In this document: positions 24,701-38,180 of the stretch, one piece after another
Layout of the letters: each line of letters begins with the position of its first letter
Position numbering within the stretch: the stretch's first letter is position 1
Assembly: GCA_038087875.1 (NCBI GenBank)
Contig: CM075999.1
Span: 1,552,001-1,616,000, forward strand
Length of the DNA stretch: 64,000 nucleotides
Direction of reading: 5' to 3'
Source: Malacoraja senta
Lineage: Eukaryota
The notes under the pieces: model-generated
The model's database searches: none
Told to the model about the DNA's origin: nothing
Seen by the model: the letters and a program-made list of their open reading frames with translations, nothing else
Program-made: the position numbers and the translations under genes

Positions 24701-26524
24701 GTTTTTGTGGTTTATCACCAAATTCAAAATTTAATTGTTTTGTATGTTGATATAGTTTTATAACTTGGTCTGAGTATATCTTGTTTAACTTATATTTCAG
24801 TACTGCAATTTTATTGTGTTTTGCCATAGATGGTGCTATTGCATTTTCTATGTCTAATTGCCTTATTTCCATTTCCAAAGTCTGTTGTTTGGCCCTATTC
24901 TCTTTGTTAAGAAATGATTGCGAAGAGATTAATGCTCCTCGCACAAATGCTTTAAATGTTTCCCAAAGAAGGGAGGCAGAGATTCCAGGGCTATCACTAG
25001 CCTCAAAAAACATATTAATCTGTTTTACAAGATATTCATTACATAGTTTTTCTTTTAAGATTTGGGGGTTAAGTCTCCATTGCGACTGTGTCTCGGTCAT
25101 TCCATTTAGTTTAATCATAAATGTTAGTGGAGCATGGTCTGATATTATAATATTATGATATTGCGAGTTATAGGTAAATGGGATAAGTTTAGAGTCTACT
25201 AAGAAGTAGTCTATCCTTGAGTATGTTTTATGCACTGGTGAGTAAAATGAGTATTCTCGACCAGATGGATTTTCAATTCTCCAAACATCCTTAATGTTGG
25301 TAGTATTAATATATGAATTTAGAAATTCACTTGACTGAGATTTTAATTTTCTTTGAGTTGATGATCTATCCAAGTAAGCATCCAGTGTACAATTTAAGTC
25401 TCCACCGATAATTAAGTTATGTTGTGTACATTCCGGGATAGTGTTAAGTATTCACTTAAAAAACGGGGCTATCAAAATTTGGTCCATACACATTAAGGAG
25501 AGTCACTTTTTTTGAATATAACTCCCCTACTAATACAATATATCAATATCTTCTATCGTTGATATATGTTTAAAGGGTATACCTTTACGAATTAATATTG
25601 CAACCCCTCTAGATTTATGTGAGAATGAAGAGTGATACGCTTTAGCAATCCATTTTGTTTTCAATCTATGTTGTGCTTCCTTTTTAAGATGTGTTTCCTG
25701 GAGAAATATTATATCTGCTTTAAGTGATTTTAAATGAGCTAATACTTTACCTCTCTTAATTGGTTCATTAATTCCCTTAACATTCCAACTACAGAATTTA
25801 ATTCCTTCACCCCCAATTTTCCTATTAACGTCTTGCATCTTGTGATTAAAGTGGTCTATGTTAGAGCAGATGGCTCAGCACACTAAACCCCACCTTATAC
25901 CCAAACATCAGGTAGATGAATTTTAGGTCCCGTCGGTTTTCCATCCAGACATATCTCCCTAAATAAAATATATAATTCCATTCCAAATACAAAATATAAT
26001 ATAACATAAGATAAAAAAGATTTTAAAAAGTTGCATTAATAACGTGTAAAGAGTAGAAAAAGAAGAAAACTACAACTATGGTTAGTGCAGTTAGTGATAG
26101 CCACCCTAGTGTGGCTAAGCATCTAAGGACTTCCGTAGCTTTTGGTAAAAAAAAAAATATTACTAGCTCCGTACTTTCCTTAAAAGGAAAGTTTCAATTA
26201 CAATGAAAACAATTTATGGGGGGGAGGGAAACAATAGTTATATTCCATAATTGAAATAATTATTAGTCTCCAATTGAAATGTTAGTTGCAAAAAAATTAA
26301 AAAAAAAACATTGTTAAAGAGTAAAATCAAAAATATGAAAGAACAAACTTCCTAAATTTTTATTAATAAATTACCTGAATCACACTATACTTATATTTCA
26401 TACTTTTAATTAATTCAGAATTGATCCAGTTAACAATAATTAGTATTGATTAGTATTCATAATTAGTAATAGTTGTTAGAAATTAGTACTAAAATGTAAA
26501 TATTATATATCAGAAGCAATCTCA
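21725..26524 (-). mobile_element. L1-clade LINE copy b, 5'-truncated (4800 bp)
   Basis: Same termini and near-identical sequence to copy a, without its two insertions. Confidence 0.95.
22061..25838 (-). pseudogene. L1 ORF2 (endonuclease/reverse transcriptase), disrupted
   Basis: ORF-track pieces 25530-25838, 24678-25373, 24257-24727, 23470-24171 (SLDAEKAFD, YADD), 23098-23418, 22217-22717; premature TGA at 22217-19. Confidence 0.92.
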
Positions 26525-27330
26525 TGATACCAGACCCATGAACTTAACACTGAACGCTAACACTGCAAGACATCACCAGGTGGGTAGGGGACAAGATTTA
26601 ACTGGAATGGAAACTAGTCATCCTCGACCCCAAGGGACAGTCTAAGAAGGGGAGCAATGCCACCTAATGCCAGATTGAATATTTGTCGCATTTGGCTTCA
26701 GAATAAGTAGCATGGTGTACCATCTGGTGGTCATTTTGGCAAAGTACAAATCTGAAACAAGGAAAAACAACAACAGTAAAAATGTTTTTTTTCCCCTCTT
26801 ACTTGGATAAGGAGGATTGTAAACTTATAACTAAAGTGCAATCCAAAATTTGGTAGAGTTGTGGTCAAGACAAACAAATTACAGAAAAGTTACATTCACT
26901 TCAGTTCATTGAAGTGAATGTTCAGCTTGTGGAAATGTTAATTTCCAAGGGAAACTGGCTTGAACTCTGCTAATATTTGTTCTACCTTTTCAAAACCTAA
27001 GAGCATACATTTAAGCCCCTGTCCCATGATGCAAGTTCACCCAAGAGCTCTCCCGAGTAAAAAAAATAAATCAAACTCGTGGTACTTCATCACGAGTTTT
27101 TTTTTACTCTTGGAGATTTTTCACACTGTTGAAAAAGCTTCACGAGTTTCCGCGTTTCCCGAGTACCTGCCTTTAGCATTACGAGCCGCTACGAGACGTC
27201 CACGAGCTCCGACGTACCCGCTACGTACATTCTACGTACTTTCCATGAGTTTGATTTTTTTTTAAAACTCGGGAGAGCTCTTGGGTAAACTCGCAAAGTG
27301 GGACAGGGCCTTAATAGGGGCAAGAGTAGA
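26525..27330. repeat. Direct repeat block X, copy C (806 bp)
   Basis: Colinear with copies A and B; followed by different sequence (GCTTGAAG) instead of the L1 poly-T. Confidence 0.95.
27014..27311. mobile_element. Same MITE within block X copy C
   Basis: Same flanks as copy A (duplicated with the block). Confidence 0.85.
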
Positions 27331-27579
27331 GCTTGAAGCCCACTGAACCAATGATCAAGATCATGTCTGATAGCATCTTCGAGTCGCACAGCACGAAAAG
27401 TCACCCGTCGGCCTACCAAGTCTATGCTAATCACCAGGCACCCTTGATTCTAGTAATCCAACTCGATCCCATTTTATACCACCCCTCTCCGCACCTCCCC
27501 CCAACCCCCCAACCCCCACCCCCCCTATTTATTTTATCTCTACCGCTAACATTCTTTTACGGGCCCAGATGGCGTGGAG

Positions 27580-28160
27580 GTGGAGAAGATGTTTCCACTA
27601 GTGAGTGCATCTAGCACCAGAGCCACATCCTCAGAATAAAAGGACGTACCTTTAGAATGGAACTGAGGAGGAAGTTGTTCAGTCAGCAGGTGGTGAATCT
27701 GTGGAATTCATTGCCACAGACAGTCAATGGATAGTTTCAAAGCGGAGATTGATATGTTCTTGATTAGTAAGGGCTTCAAATGTCACAGGGAAAGGGCAGG
27801 AGAATGGGGCTGAGAGGGAAAGATAGATTAGCCAAGATCCAATGGTGGAGCAACTCAAAGTAGAGAAAAACATTTTTTACACAGAGAGTGGTGAATCTCT
27901 GGAATTCTCTGCCACAGAATGTAGTTGAGGCCAGTTCATTGGCTATATTTAAGAGGGAATTAGATGTGGCCCTTGTGGCTAAAGGGATCAGGGGGTATAG
28001 AGAGAAAGCAGGTACAGGATACTGAGTTGGATGATCAGCCATGATCATATTGAATGGCGGTGCAGGCTCGAAGGGCCGAATGGCCTACTCCTGCACCTAT
28101 TTTCTATGCTTCTATGTTTCTATGAATGGCCCAATTCTGCTCCAATGTCCTATGTTTTTG
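27580..28160 (+). mobile_element. Older CR1 3' end with a younger CR1 3' end (~27864-28122) nested in its tail
   Basis: Two GTGGTGAATCT.TGGAATTC motifs; the younger part matches the 30553 subfamily tail. Confidence 0.8.
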
Positions 28161-28484
28161 TATCTTATGACTTCAAAACTATGGATCCCCTCAACTGCAT
28201 TAGTTGATTCAGTGTCCTTGCATACTATTAAAATATAATATAACGGTTGCTTGATAAAATGTTATATGGTAAGTATATTTTCATTGGGTGTTATTGATAT
28301 CTGGATCATGCTGCCAGATGAGGTGGTGGAAATCAGATATAATGATGTCATTAAGAGGCAGTTACGCAGGTACTTAAATAGTCCAGGCATAGAAGGAAAT
28401 GGAATATAGTGTAGGTGGGCGAAAAGGTTACCATGAACATGGTGGGGTGAAGGACCCGTTTCTGTGCTGTTCACCTCGATAATG

Positions 28485-28795
28485 CCATGGTGGCTCAGCA
28501 GTAGAGTTGCTGCCTTCCAGCGCCTGAGACCTGGGTTCGATCCTGACCACAGGTGCTGTGTGCATGGAGTTTGTACGTTCTCCCCGTGACCTGCGTGGGC
28601 TTTCTCCTGGTGCTCTGGTTTCCTCCCACACTCCAAAGACGTACAGGTTTACCGGTTAATTGGCTTCAGTAAAATTGTAAATTGCCCCTTGTGTATGTAG
28701 GATAGTGTAAGTGTGCGGGGATCGCCGGTCGGCGCAGAATCGGTGGGCCGTGGGGCCTGTTTCCGCACGGTATCTCTGAACTAAACTAAACTCAA
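28485..28795 (+). mobile_element. HE1-like SINE
   Basis: A/B boxes, core, tail. Confidence 0.88.
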
Positions 28796-29134
28796 TTAAG
28801 TGACGTGAGAAACATGCAGGATACCAACAACTCTAAAAACAAAGAACTGCAGATGCTGGTTAATACACAAAAGAACACAAAGTGCTGGAGTAACGCAGCA
28901 GGTCAGGCAGCATCTCTGGAGAACATGGACAGGTGAAGTTTCGGGTCATGACCCTCAGATTTAAGCATTCTGAATGTGGGAAAAACATAAGGTTTCAAGG
29001 GCAGTTTTGGCATTGTAACATTCTGTACCTCCATTCTAAACAAGCAAAATAATTTAAAGGATTCCCTGATCATTGTTCTGTTGCTAGTTGTTTTTGTACT
29101 AGCCCTGTAAATATAACCATGGTGCTTTTAACTA

Positions 29135-29517
29135 TATTTTATATGATATGATACAATACGATAAAGCTTTATTTATCCCAGGAGGGAATTTGATCTGCCA
29201 ACAGTCATACAACACAATATACATGAAACATTAAATTAAAGTGATGAGTGGAAAGGATTGGGGATGTGCAAAGATTGGGAGGGGGGGGGGGGGGGGGGGG
29301 AGGGTCAGTCTACACCATGACCGAAGGGGGAGGAGTTGTACAGTTTGATAGCCACAGGGAAGAAGGATCTCCTGTGGCGTTCTGTCCTGCATCTTGGTGG
29401 AACCAATCTGTTGCTGAAGGTACTCCTCAGGTTGACCAGTGTGTCGGAGGATGTGAGCTGTATTGTCCAAAATGCTCCGCAGTTTGAGGAGCATCCTCCC
29501 CTCCAAGACCACCTCCC
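29135..29517 (-). mobile_element. Rex1/Babar-like LINE 3' end
   Basis: RMLLKLRSILDNTAH C-terminal remnant; AATAAA plus microsatellite tail; related copy at ~41310-41800 (+). Confidence 0.7.
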
Positions 29518-29736
29518 TTATAAATGATACAATAAATTATATGGCATGCATATCATATCACTGGAAATATAACAACATAAAGTCCCCCCTCTTTCTAACA
29601 TATATAAACACATTAAAGTGAAGCCATACTTTAAATAATTTCTCTATTAGTTATGGAGTTATAAATAGGTCAGATTATACAAGAGCTCAACATGTTTAGA
29701 TATACTGTATCAAGTAATAATGTCTTGGAACTGATA

Positions 29737-29957
29737 TGGCTCTGTCCCACGGGCAGGCGGTTACTGGCGGTGAAGCGCGGCATCCCCAGAAGCGGGGACC
29801 GCGCGTATGCCGCGGGAGCGCCGCGCAGATGTGTCCCACGAGCATGCGGTAAGTTCAACCTTACCGGAAGCTGTTGCCGCGCGTACTCCGGGTGGTCACT
29901 GCACGGCCTGTCCCACGGGCCGACTGGAATGGACGTCGCGCGGCGTCGGGTGATGTC
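29737..29957. mobile_element. One-ended GC/CpG-rich Harbinger-type MITE fragment
   Basis: GGCTCTGTCCCACGGGC and internal GGCCTGTCCCACGGGC; no matching right TIR. Confidence 0.5.
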
Positions 29958-30319
29958 GAGAACTATATTCTGCACTCGGTATCTTTCCCTTTGCTCAACC
30001 TATTTGATTTGTAGGAAGGAACTGCAGATGCTGGTTTACACCGAATATAGACACAAAATGCTGGAGTAACTCCTGTACAGTATTATCTGATTTGATTGGA
30101 TAGCATGTGCAATAAAGCTGTTCACTGTGACAATAATATACTTACACCTCAGCCCACAATGACTGCAATTCTACCAGGAAACTGTTGTTCCATGAATAGC
30201 AATTCCCTTCTCTGGAATTCCCAAGGACAGAGGGAGGTGGATGCAGAATCACTGAGAAACACAAACAGAGATTGGTAGATATTTGGACACGAGGGAATGA
30301 GAGAATACGAGAAGATGGC

Positions 30320-30500
30320 GACAAAGTGCTGGAGTAACTCAGCGGGACAGGCAGCATCTCTGGATAGAAGGAATGGGTGACTTTTCGGGTCGAGACCCTT
30401 CTTCAGACTGAGAGTCAGGGGAGAGGGAGACACAGAGATAAGGAAGGATAAGGTGTGAAAACAAGACATCAAAAGAGATGAGGTCCAAGGAAAATGTAGA
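30320..30500 (-). mobile_element. Penelope-type terminal repeat fragment
   Basis: GGGTGACTTTTCGGGTCGAGACCCTTCTTCAGAC. Confidence 0.65.
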
Positions 30501-30552
30501 ATTGAGAAGGTGATAACAAACCAAAGCAAGTATGAGGATAGGGTCTTTTTAT

Positions 30553-32783
30553 AACATAGAAACATAGAAACATAGAAATTAGGTGCAGGAGTAGGCCATT
30601 CGGCCCTTCGAGCCTGCACCGCCATTCAATATGATCATGGCTGATCATCCAACTCAGTATCCCGTATCTGCCTTCTCTCCATACACTCTGATCCCTTTAG
30701 CCACAAGGGCCACATCTAACTCTCTCTTAAAAATAGCCAATGAACTGGCCTCGACTACCCTCTGTGGCAGAGAGTTCCAGAGATTCACCACTCTGTGTGT
30801 GAAAAAAGTTCTTCTCATCTCGGTTTTAAAGGATTTCCCCCTTATCCTTAAGCTGTGACCCCTTGTCCTGGACTTCCCCAACATCGGGAGCAATCTTCCT
30901 GCATCTAGCCTGTCCAACCCCTTAAGAATTTTGTAAGTTTCAATAAGATCCCCTCTCAATCTCCTAAATTCTAGAGAGTATAAACCAAGTCTATCCAGTC
31001 TTTCTTCATGACAGTCCTGACATCCCAGGAATCAGTCTGGTGAACCTTCTCTGCACTCCCTCTATGGCAATAATGTCCTTCCTCAGATTTGGAGACCAAA
31101 ACTGTACGAAATACTCCAGGTGTGGTCTCACCAAGACCCTGTACAACTGCAGTAGAACCTCCCTGCTCCTATACTGAAATCCTTTTGCTATGAAAGCTAA
31201 CATACCATTCGCTTTCTTCACTGCCTGCTGCACCTGCATGCCTACTTTCAATGACTGGTGTACCATGACACCCAGGTCTCGCTGCATCTCCCCTTTTCCT
31301 AGTCGGCCACCATTTAGATAATAGTCTGCTTTCCTGTTTTTGCCACCAAAATGGATAACCTCACATTTATCCACATTATACTGCATCTGCCAAACATTTG
31401 CCCACTCACCCAGCCTATCCAAGTCACCTTGCAGTCTCCGAGCATCCTCCTCACAGCTAACACTGCCCCCCCAGCTTAGTGTCATCCGCAAACCTGGAGA
31501 TATTGCCTTCAATTCCCTCATCCAGATTATTAATATATATTGTAAATAGCTGGGGTCCCAGCACTGAGCCTTGCGGTACCCCACTGGCCACTGCCTGCCA
31601 TTGTGAAAAGGACCCGTTTACTCCTACTCTTTGCTTCCTGTTTGCCAGCCAGTTCTCTATCCACATCAATACTGAACCCCCAATGCCATGTGCTTTAAGT
31701 TTGTATACTAATCTCTTATGTGGGACCTTGTCGAAAGCCTTCTGGAAGTCCAGATACACCACATCCACTGGTTCTCCCCTATCCACGCTACTAGTTACAT
31801 CCTCGAAAAATTCTATAAGATTCGTCAGACATGATTTACCTTTCGTAAATCCATGCTGACTTTGTCCAATGATTTCACCACTTTCCAAATGTGCTGCTAT
31901 CCCATCTTTAATAACTGACTCTAGCAGTTTCCCCACTACCGATGTTAGACTAACTGGTCTGTAATTCCCCGTTTTCTCTCTCCCTCCCTTCTTAAAAAGT
32001 GGGGTTACGTTTGGTACCCGCCAATCCTCAGGAACTACTCCAGAATCTAAAGAGTTTTGAAAGATTATTACTAATGCATCCACTATTTCTGGAGCTACTT
32101 CCTTAAGTACTCTGGGATGCAGCCTATCTGGCCCTGGGGATTTATCGGCCTTTAATCCATTCAATTTACCCAACACCACTTCCCGACTAACCTGGATTTC
32201 ACTCAATTCCTCCAACTCCTTTGACCCACGGTCCCCTGCTATATCCGGCAGATTATTTATGTCTTCCTTAGTGAAGACGGAACCAAAGTAGTTATTCAAT
32301 TGGTCCGCCATATCCTTGTTCCCCATGATCAACTCACTTGTTTCTGACTGCAAGGGACCTACATTTGTTTTAACTAATCTCTTTCTTTTCACATATCTAT
32401 AAAAACTTTTGCAGTCAGTTTTTATGTTCCCTGCCAGTTTTCTTTCATAATCTATTTTTCCTTTCCTAATTAAGCCATTTGTCCTCCTCTGCTGGTCTCT
32501 GAATTTCTCCCAGTCCTCCGGTATGCTGCTTTTTCTGGCTAATTTGTACGCATCATCCTTCGCTTTGATACCATCCCTGATTTCCCTTGTTATCCACGGA
32601 TGCACTACCTTCCCTGATTTATTCTTTTGCCAAATTGGGATGAACATTTTTTGTAGTTCATCCATGCAGTCTTTAAATGTCTTCCATTGCATATCCACCG
32701 TCAACCCTTTTAGAATTAATTGCCAGTCAATCTTGGCCAATTCACGTCTCATACCCTCAAAGTTACCTTTCTTTAAGTTCATA
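30553..32783 (-). mobile_element. CR1-clade LINE, 5'-truncated, near-complete RT
   Basis: ORFs 31457-32782 (PGPD, DFQKAFD, FADD), 31006-31584, 30654-30959; (TTTCTATG)n tail; ATAAC at both junctions. Confidence 0.95.
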
Positions 32784-32786
32784 ACT

Positions 32787-33475
32787 TCATAGGTGATAGG
32801 AGAAGAATTAGGCCATTTGGCCCATCAGGTTTACCCTGCCATTCATTCATGGCTGATCTATCTCTCCCTCCTAACCCCATTCTCCTGCCTTCTTCCCATA
32901 ACCCCTGACATCTGTACTAATCAATTTTCCTTCCCCCTTGATTGTTTATGTTCATACCACTTGACTCTTGCCCAGAATCTCTTGCCCAGAGTGGGGGAAT
33001 CGAGAACAAGTGGGCATAGGTTTAAGGTGAAGGGGGAAAGATTTTATAGGGATCTAAGGGATAACTTTTTCACGCAAAGGGTGGTGGGTGTATGGAACGA
33101 GCCATCAGAGGAGGTAGTTGAGGCAGGGACTATTGCAACATTTAAGAAGCAATTAGACAGATACATGAAGAGACAAAATGCTGGAGTAACTGAGCGTATC
33201 TTCTGAAGAAGGGTCTTGACCCAAAAAGTCACCGATCCCTTCTAACCAGCTATGCTGCCTGTCGCGCTGAGTTACTCCAGCATTTTGTGTCTATCTTTGG
33301 TGTAAACCAGCATCTGCAGTTCCTTCCTACACGGTACATGGATAGGACAGGTTTAGAGGGATATGGGCCAAACGTAGGCAGGTGGGACGAGTGCAAATGG
33401 GACATGTTGGTCGGGTGTGGGCAAGTTGGGCCGAAGGGCCTGTTTCCACACTGTATCACTCTATGACTCTATGAC
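32787..33475. mobile_element. CR1 3' fragments with a nested Penelope-type fold-back (33168-33331)
   Basis: LLPRVGESRT..RVVGVWNE motif; CTATGACT tail. Confidence 0.8.
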
Positions 33476-34185
33476 ATTGGAGGGACATGGCTTATTTTGT
33501 TTATTATTAAGTACAGAAGTAATTACATCAGGAAATGAAACAATAGGTGTCACTGTTGTTCTTTCCTACTTCTTATCGAGTCCACACACAAGATTAGAAG
33601 TTGTTCAGCCAGGGCTGAACATATTTCTTGACATCTGCATACAATGGTGTCTGTCTTGTCGCTTCTTGTGCTTCTTGTGCATGGCGGTGGAAACAGGGAC
33701 TCGACGTGAACGCACTTTCCTACTAAAAAATGGTTATACCATTTGCTTGTCAAACTGTCAAATGCATTAAAAAAAAAAGGACAAAAACCCAGCTATTTTG
33801 TTGTTGTTTGTTTTTTGTTGAACCTAATACTTGAACCGATCTCTCAAACATTTCTCCCAACGACATGCTTCAAGACTTGCTTACTTGGTTCCCTGTTCAT
33901 GAGCTTCGACTGTTAAGGCACCGTGAGGAAAGGATAGATAGAGATCTTTGCTGCTTCCTTGCATCTGCACATCACAATTGGGCTCCACGCCCCATGCTGC
34001 CAAAGAACAGTTGCATAAGGGATCAATTCCTCACTCCATGGAAATCAAATTAAATGGGAGGAATAGAGGGATAGGTTTGAACATAAATGCCACAGAGTCG
34101 TGTATCTTGCAGTAATGAGGATGGCATTAAGGAACATTGAGTGAAGACCCCAAAATTTGACTGATTACCAATAGAAACTGCACTT

Positions 34186-34498
34186 TACTTTAGACTGTAT
34201 AGCTACAGTGTGGAAACAGGCCCTTCGGCCCAACAAGTCCGCGATCATCTGTACACTAGCACTATCCTACACACTAGAGACAATTTACAATCATTACCAA
34301 AGCCAATTAACCCAGACATTAACCTATGTCTTTGGAGTGTTGGAGCATACAGAGGAAACTGGAGCATATGGAGGAAATCCACATCTGTCGCAGGGAGAAC
34401 GTGCAAACTCTGTACAGACAGCACCTGTAGTCAGGATCGAACCCGGTCTCTGGCACTGTAAGGCAGCAACTCTACTGCTTTGCCACCATGCCGCCCCA
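34186..34498 (-). mobile_element. HE1-like SINE
   Basis: Reverse full-length copy. Confidence 0.83.
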
Positions 34499-34519
34499 AG
34501 TGAAATTGTCCCAAAACAG

Positions 34520-35000
34520 AACAATGACATTCTTTCTAGCAGGCAGCAGCAGCAGCAGCAGTACAACAGGTATGTAAACACAATACTTAATACAAAGAAA
34601 AAAAAGGTCAATAAATTAAAAAAAAACAATGTATAGTGCAAAAACAAAACAAATTACAGAGTCCCTATTGCAACCTAGAAAGTTTGTAGTTTGGAGTTTA
34701 GCTGGTGTTTGTAGTGTTCAAGAGCCTGATGGTTGTTGGGAATAAGCTGTTCCTGAACCTGGATGTTACAGTTTTCACATTCATACCTTCTACCAGACAG
34801 CAGGAGTGAAATGAGAGTTGTCCAGGGTAGTGTGGGTCCTTGATGATATTGGCTGCCTTTTTGAGTCAGTGCCTCTTATAGAGATCCCTTTGCTAGTGCT
34901 GAGGTCAGTATCCCTGATGGGCCAGGCAGTGTTCACCACTTTTTGTAATCTCCGTGCCTGGGCGATCGAGTTGCCGAACCAGGCCGTGATGCAACCAGTC
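34520..35000 (-). mobile_element. Rex1-like LINE 3' fragment (degenerate)
   Basis: GGGAATAAGCTGTTCCTGAACCTGG motif shared with related tails at 2523-2740 and 43130-43370. Confidence 0.55.
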
Positions 35001-35127
35001 TTTGGTGCGTTAATATATTTTTGACGTTACATGGGATATTGAGGAACACAGCCGCTATTTCGGCCTACTCATCTGGTTAACTTTTTGTTTGCAGGAATGC
35101 AACTTGGTATTGGTATCCAGCAGTTCA

Positions 35128-35442
35128 GGGCCTGTCCCACTATATGAGCTAATTCAAGAGCTCTCCGAGTTTAAAAAAAAAAAGAAACTCGTGGTAAGCA
35201 CGTAGAATGTACGTAGCGGGTACGTCGGAGCTCGGGACGTCTCTTAGCGGCTCGTAACGCTAACGGCAGGTACTCGGGAAACGCGGTAAGCTCGTGAAGA
35301 CTCGTGAAGATTTTTCAACATGTTGAAAAATGTCCACGAGAGCCCCGAGTACCTACGAGCGGCTATTACAGTAATTCTCCGAGTTCGAGTCAGGGGAAAC
35401 TCGGGAGAACTCTTGAATTAGCTCGTACAGTGGGACAGACCC
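35128..35442. mobile_element. PIF/Harbinger-type MITE
   Basis: GGGCCTGTCCCACT...AGTGGGACAGACCC; interior related to the X-block MITE (opposite orientation) and to 6947-7274. Confidence 0.87.
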
Positions 35443-35705
35443 ATTACTGATCCTATTAGATTCAGAGAGAGACTGAGGTGATCTTAAGTTTACATCAGGT
35501 GAGAGATGAGAGAATGTCCTGGAGAGTAATGGGTTAGTTATGTCTCGAGGTAACAAAGCAGAGATAAGCATTTCAGACGCCGATGTACTGAGACTGAGGA
35601 CTTTAGCAATGTAACTGAGCCAATATATGTTGTCTTGGCAATGAGCTGAATAACTTGTTTCAGGGTATTAAGGTAACCACACTGTAAACAGCAGTCAGAT
35701 CTCAT

Positions 35706-36057
35706 GGGGCAGCACGGTGGCGCAGTGGTAGAATTGCTGCCTTACAGCATCAGGGACCCGGGTTCGATCCTGACTATGGGAGCTATCTGTACGGAGTTTG
35801 TATGTTCTCCCTGTGACCTGCGTAGGTTTTCTCCGATATCTTCGGTTTCCACCCACACTCCAAAGACATACAGGTTTATTGGTTTATTGGCTTGGTATTG
35901 GCTTGATAAAATTGGCTTGATAAAATTGGCTTGATAAAATTGTGAATTGTCCCGAGTTTGTGTAGGATAGTGTTAGTGTGTGGGGATCGTTGGTCGGCGC
36001 GGACTCGGTGGGCTGAAGGGCCTGATTCTGTGCTGTATCTCCAAACTAAATTAAACT
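35706..36057 (+). mobile_element. HE1-like SINE with internal 14-bp tandem expansion (TTGGCTTGATAAAA x3)
   Basis: A/B boxes, core, tail. Confidence 0.88.
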
Positions 36058-36069
36058 CAATGGATCATT

Positions 36070-36457
36070 GGTCTCATTGAAACATATAAGATTGTTAAGG
36101 GTTTGGACACGCTAGAGGCAGGAAACATGTTCCCGATGTTGGGGGAGTCCAGAACCAGGGGCCACAGTTTAAGAATAAGGAGTAAGCCATTTAGAACGGA
36201 GACGAGGAAACACTTTTTCTCACAGAGAGTGATGAGTCTGTGGAATTCTCTGCCTCAGAGGGCGGTGGAGGCAGGTTCTCTGGATGCTTTCAAGAGAGAG
36301 CTAGATAGGGCTCTTAAAAATGGCGGAGTCAGGGGATATGGGGAGAAGGCAGGAATGGGGTATTGATGGGGATGATCAGCCATGATCACATTGAATGGCA
36401 GTGCTGGCTCGAAGGGCCGAATGGCCTACTCCTGCACCTATTGTCTATTGTCTATTG
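36070..36457 (+). mobile_element. CR1 3' fragment (CTATTGT-tail subfamily)
   Basis: ORF 36103-36366; near-identical to 51178-51513. Confidence 0.9.
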
Positions 36458-37349
36458 ATTGTAGTGGTGGTGGCTGCCAGAGATAAAGAAGGACAATGTG
36501 TGGTGACTATGAGGAGGATTGTTTGATCCAGGGAGATGTACTCCAGCCCAACTTTCCTGCTTTAAGAGAGAAGGGAGTCAAAGGAATTCAACACAAAATA
36601 ATCTTTTCCTTTTTAACTCCCAATAACCTTGCTTTCAAATTTGCTGCATACACAAAGCAAAGTCCACACACAGAGATAAAAAATATACACAGATCTGGAT
36701 TGCTGTAATTTCAATAACCCACCCCACAAAGTTAATTTACAAGGTAAGCATGAAACTTCTTGCGGTCAACACAAAGAATAACAGCTATCAGTTTATATCT
36801 TTACAGCACTATTAAATGCTTTTCTTTGCCATGTAAGTATGTTGCCTGCAAGATTTGTTGAGAGTTGCACCTTTCAGAATGACTTCCAGACCTGCAACAA
36901 TCTTACCTTTAAATATCCTAGTGCTTTTCTCAATCCCCCCATTGCTTTCCTTCCAACATCCAAACTCCCCCACATCTTACTATGAAACCCCCCTCTTGCT
37001 CACTATCCTTCCAATATCTATGGGCTCCTCCAGTACTGGCCTTTATTGCACCCCTGATTTCCATTACGGCATCATTGGCCATCGACAAAACTTATCAACC
37101 CCAGTTCAAAAATGATTAACTGAGCGAACACCCATTGTGTTTTGTGTGAGAGAATTCCACTCATAAATCTTCCATATCCCAGTAAATAAATGTGATGATG
37201 ATAACATTTAACCATTCACTCCCTGTAGACATTCTGACAAAGCTGCTCACTTTTTCTGACATGCAGTGCTTAAAATGTTAGGTTTTCCAAATGGTTACTT
37301 AGAATAAAGCTGCTCGAAAGAATGATTGAAAATTGAAAGGTAAACATTC

Positions 37350-37695
37350 ATAGTCATAAAGTCTTACAGTGTGGAAACAGGCCCTTCAGCCCAACTTGCC
37401 CACACCAATCAACTTGCCCCATCTACACTAGTCCCAACTGTCCACGCTTGGCCCATATCTCTACTATCCATGTATCTGTCCAATTGTCTCTTAAACGTTA
37501 TGATAGTACATGCCTCAACTACCTTCTCCAGCAGCTTGTTCCATGCACCCACCACCCTTTCTGTAAAAAAGGAACCTCCCAGGTTCGTATTAAATCTTCC
37601 CCCACTCACCTCAAACCCATGTCCTCTGGTTCTCGATTTCCCTACTCTGGGCAAAAGAGTAAGTGCATTTACCCGATCTATTCCTCTCGTGATCT
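37350..37695 (-). mobile_element. CR1 3' fragment
   Basis: ORF 37409-37702 RGIDRV..RVVGAWN; shared SINE/LINE tail. Confidence 0.85.
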
Positions 37696-38180
37696 TGTGC
37701 ACCTTCCACTTTCACCAACCTTAACATATGGAGTGACTGCAAGGGAGAGCTGGCAGAGGTTGCCCTTGGAGACCAGCTTAGGAGTGAAGCCATTCCCTTC
37801 TGGTGTGTGAGAGACAATTGCCTCTCACAGTGAAAAGAAAGACTGCCAAGCTCTCTGCTTGGGAATGTCAAGATCTTTGCTTACCCAGGCTATGAGTAGC
37901 CTGAACACCTCAAGTTCTCCCTCACGAATCAACTGGCGTAGTGAGGTGTCAGAATCAGTCATCCCTTGTGATTATTTTGAAAATAATCCACCCATACAAT
38001 ATAACTGAAGATTTTTGCTCTTTACTTACAATACTGAAACTTTATTTATTAATCAAAATAAACTTCATTCAGAATTTAAAATATATACCGTGCTTTGCCA
38101 AACATAATTGAGATTATTATTTTTTCACCATTTCGCCAATGAAAAGGTCTATGACTCTATGACCATTTTGCCTATGGAGT

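Noticed and set aside
12242..27330. LTR retrotransposon with X as LTR
   Set aside because: Interior is a polyA-tailed L1 ORF2 with no gag or integrase; X does not end in CA and no PBS/PPT was seen
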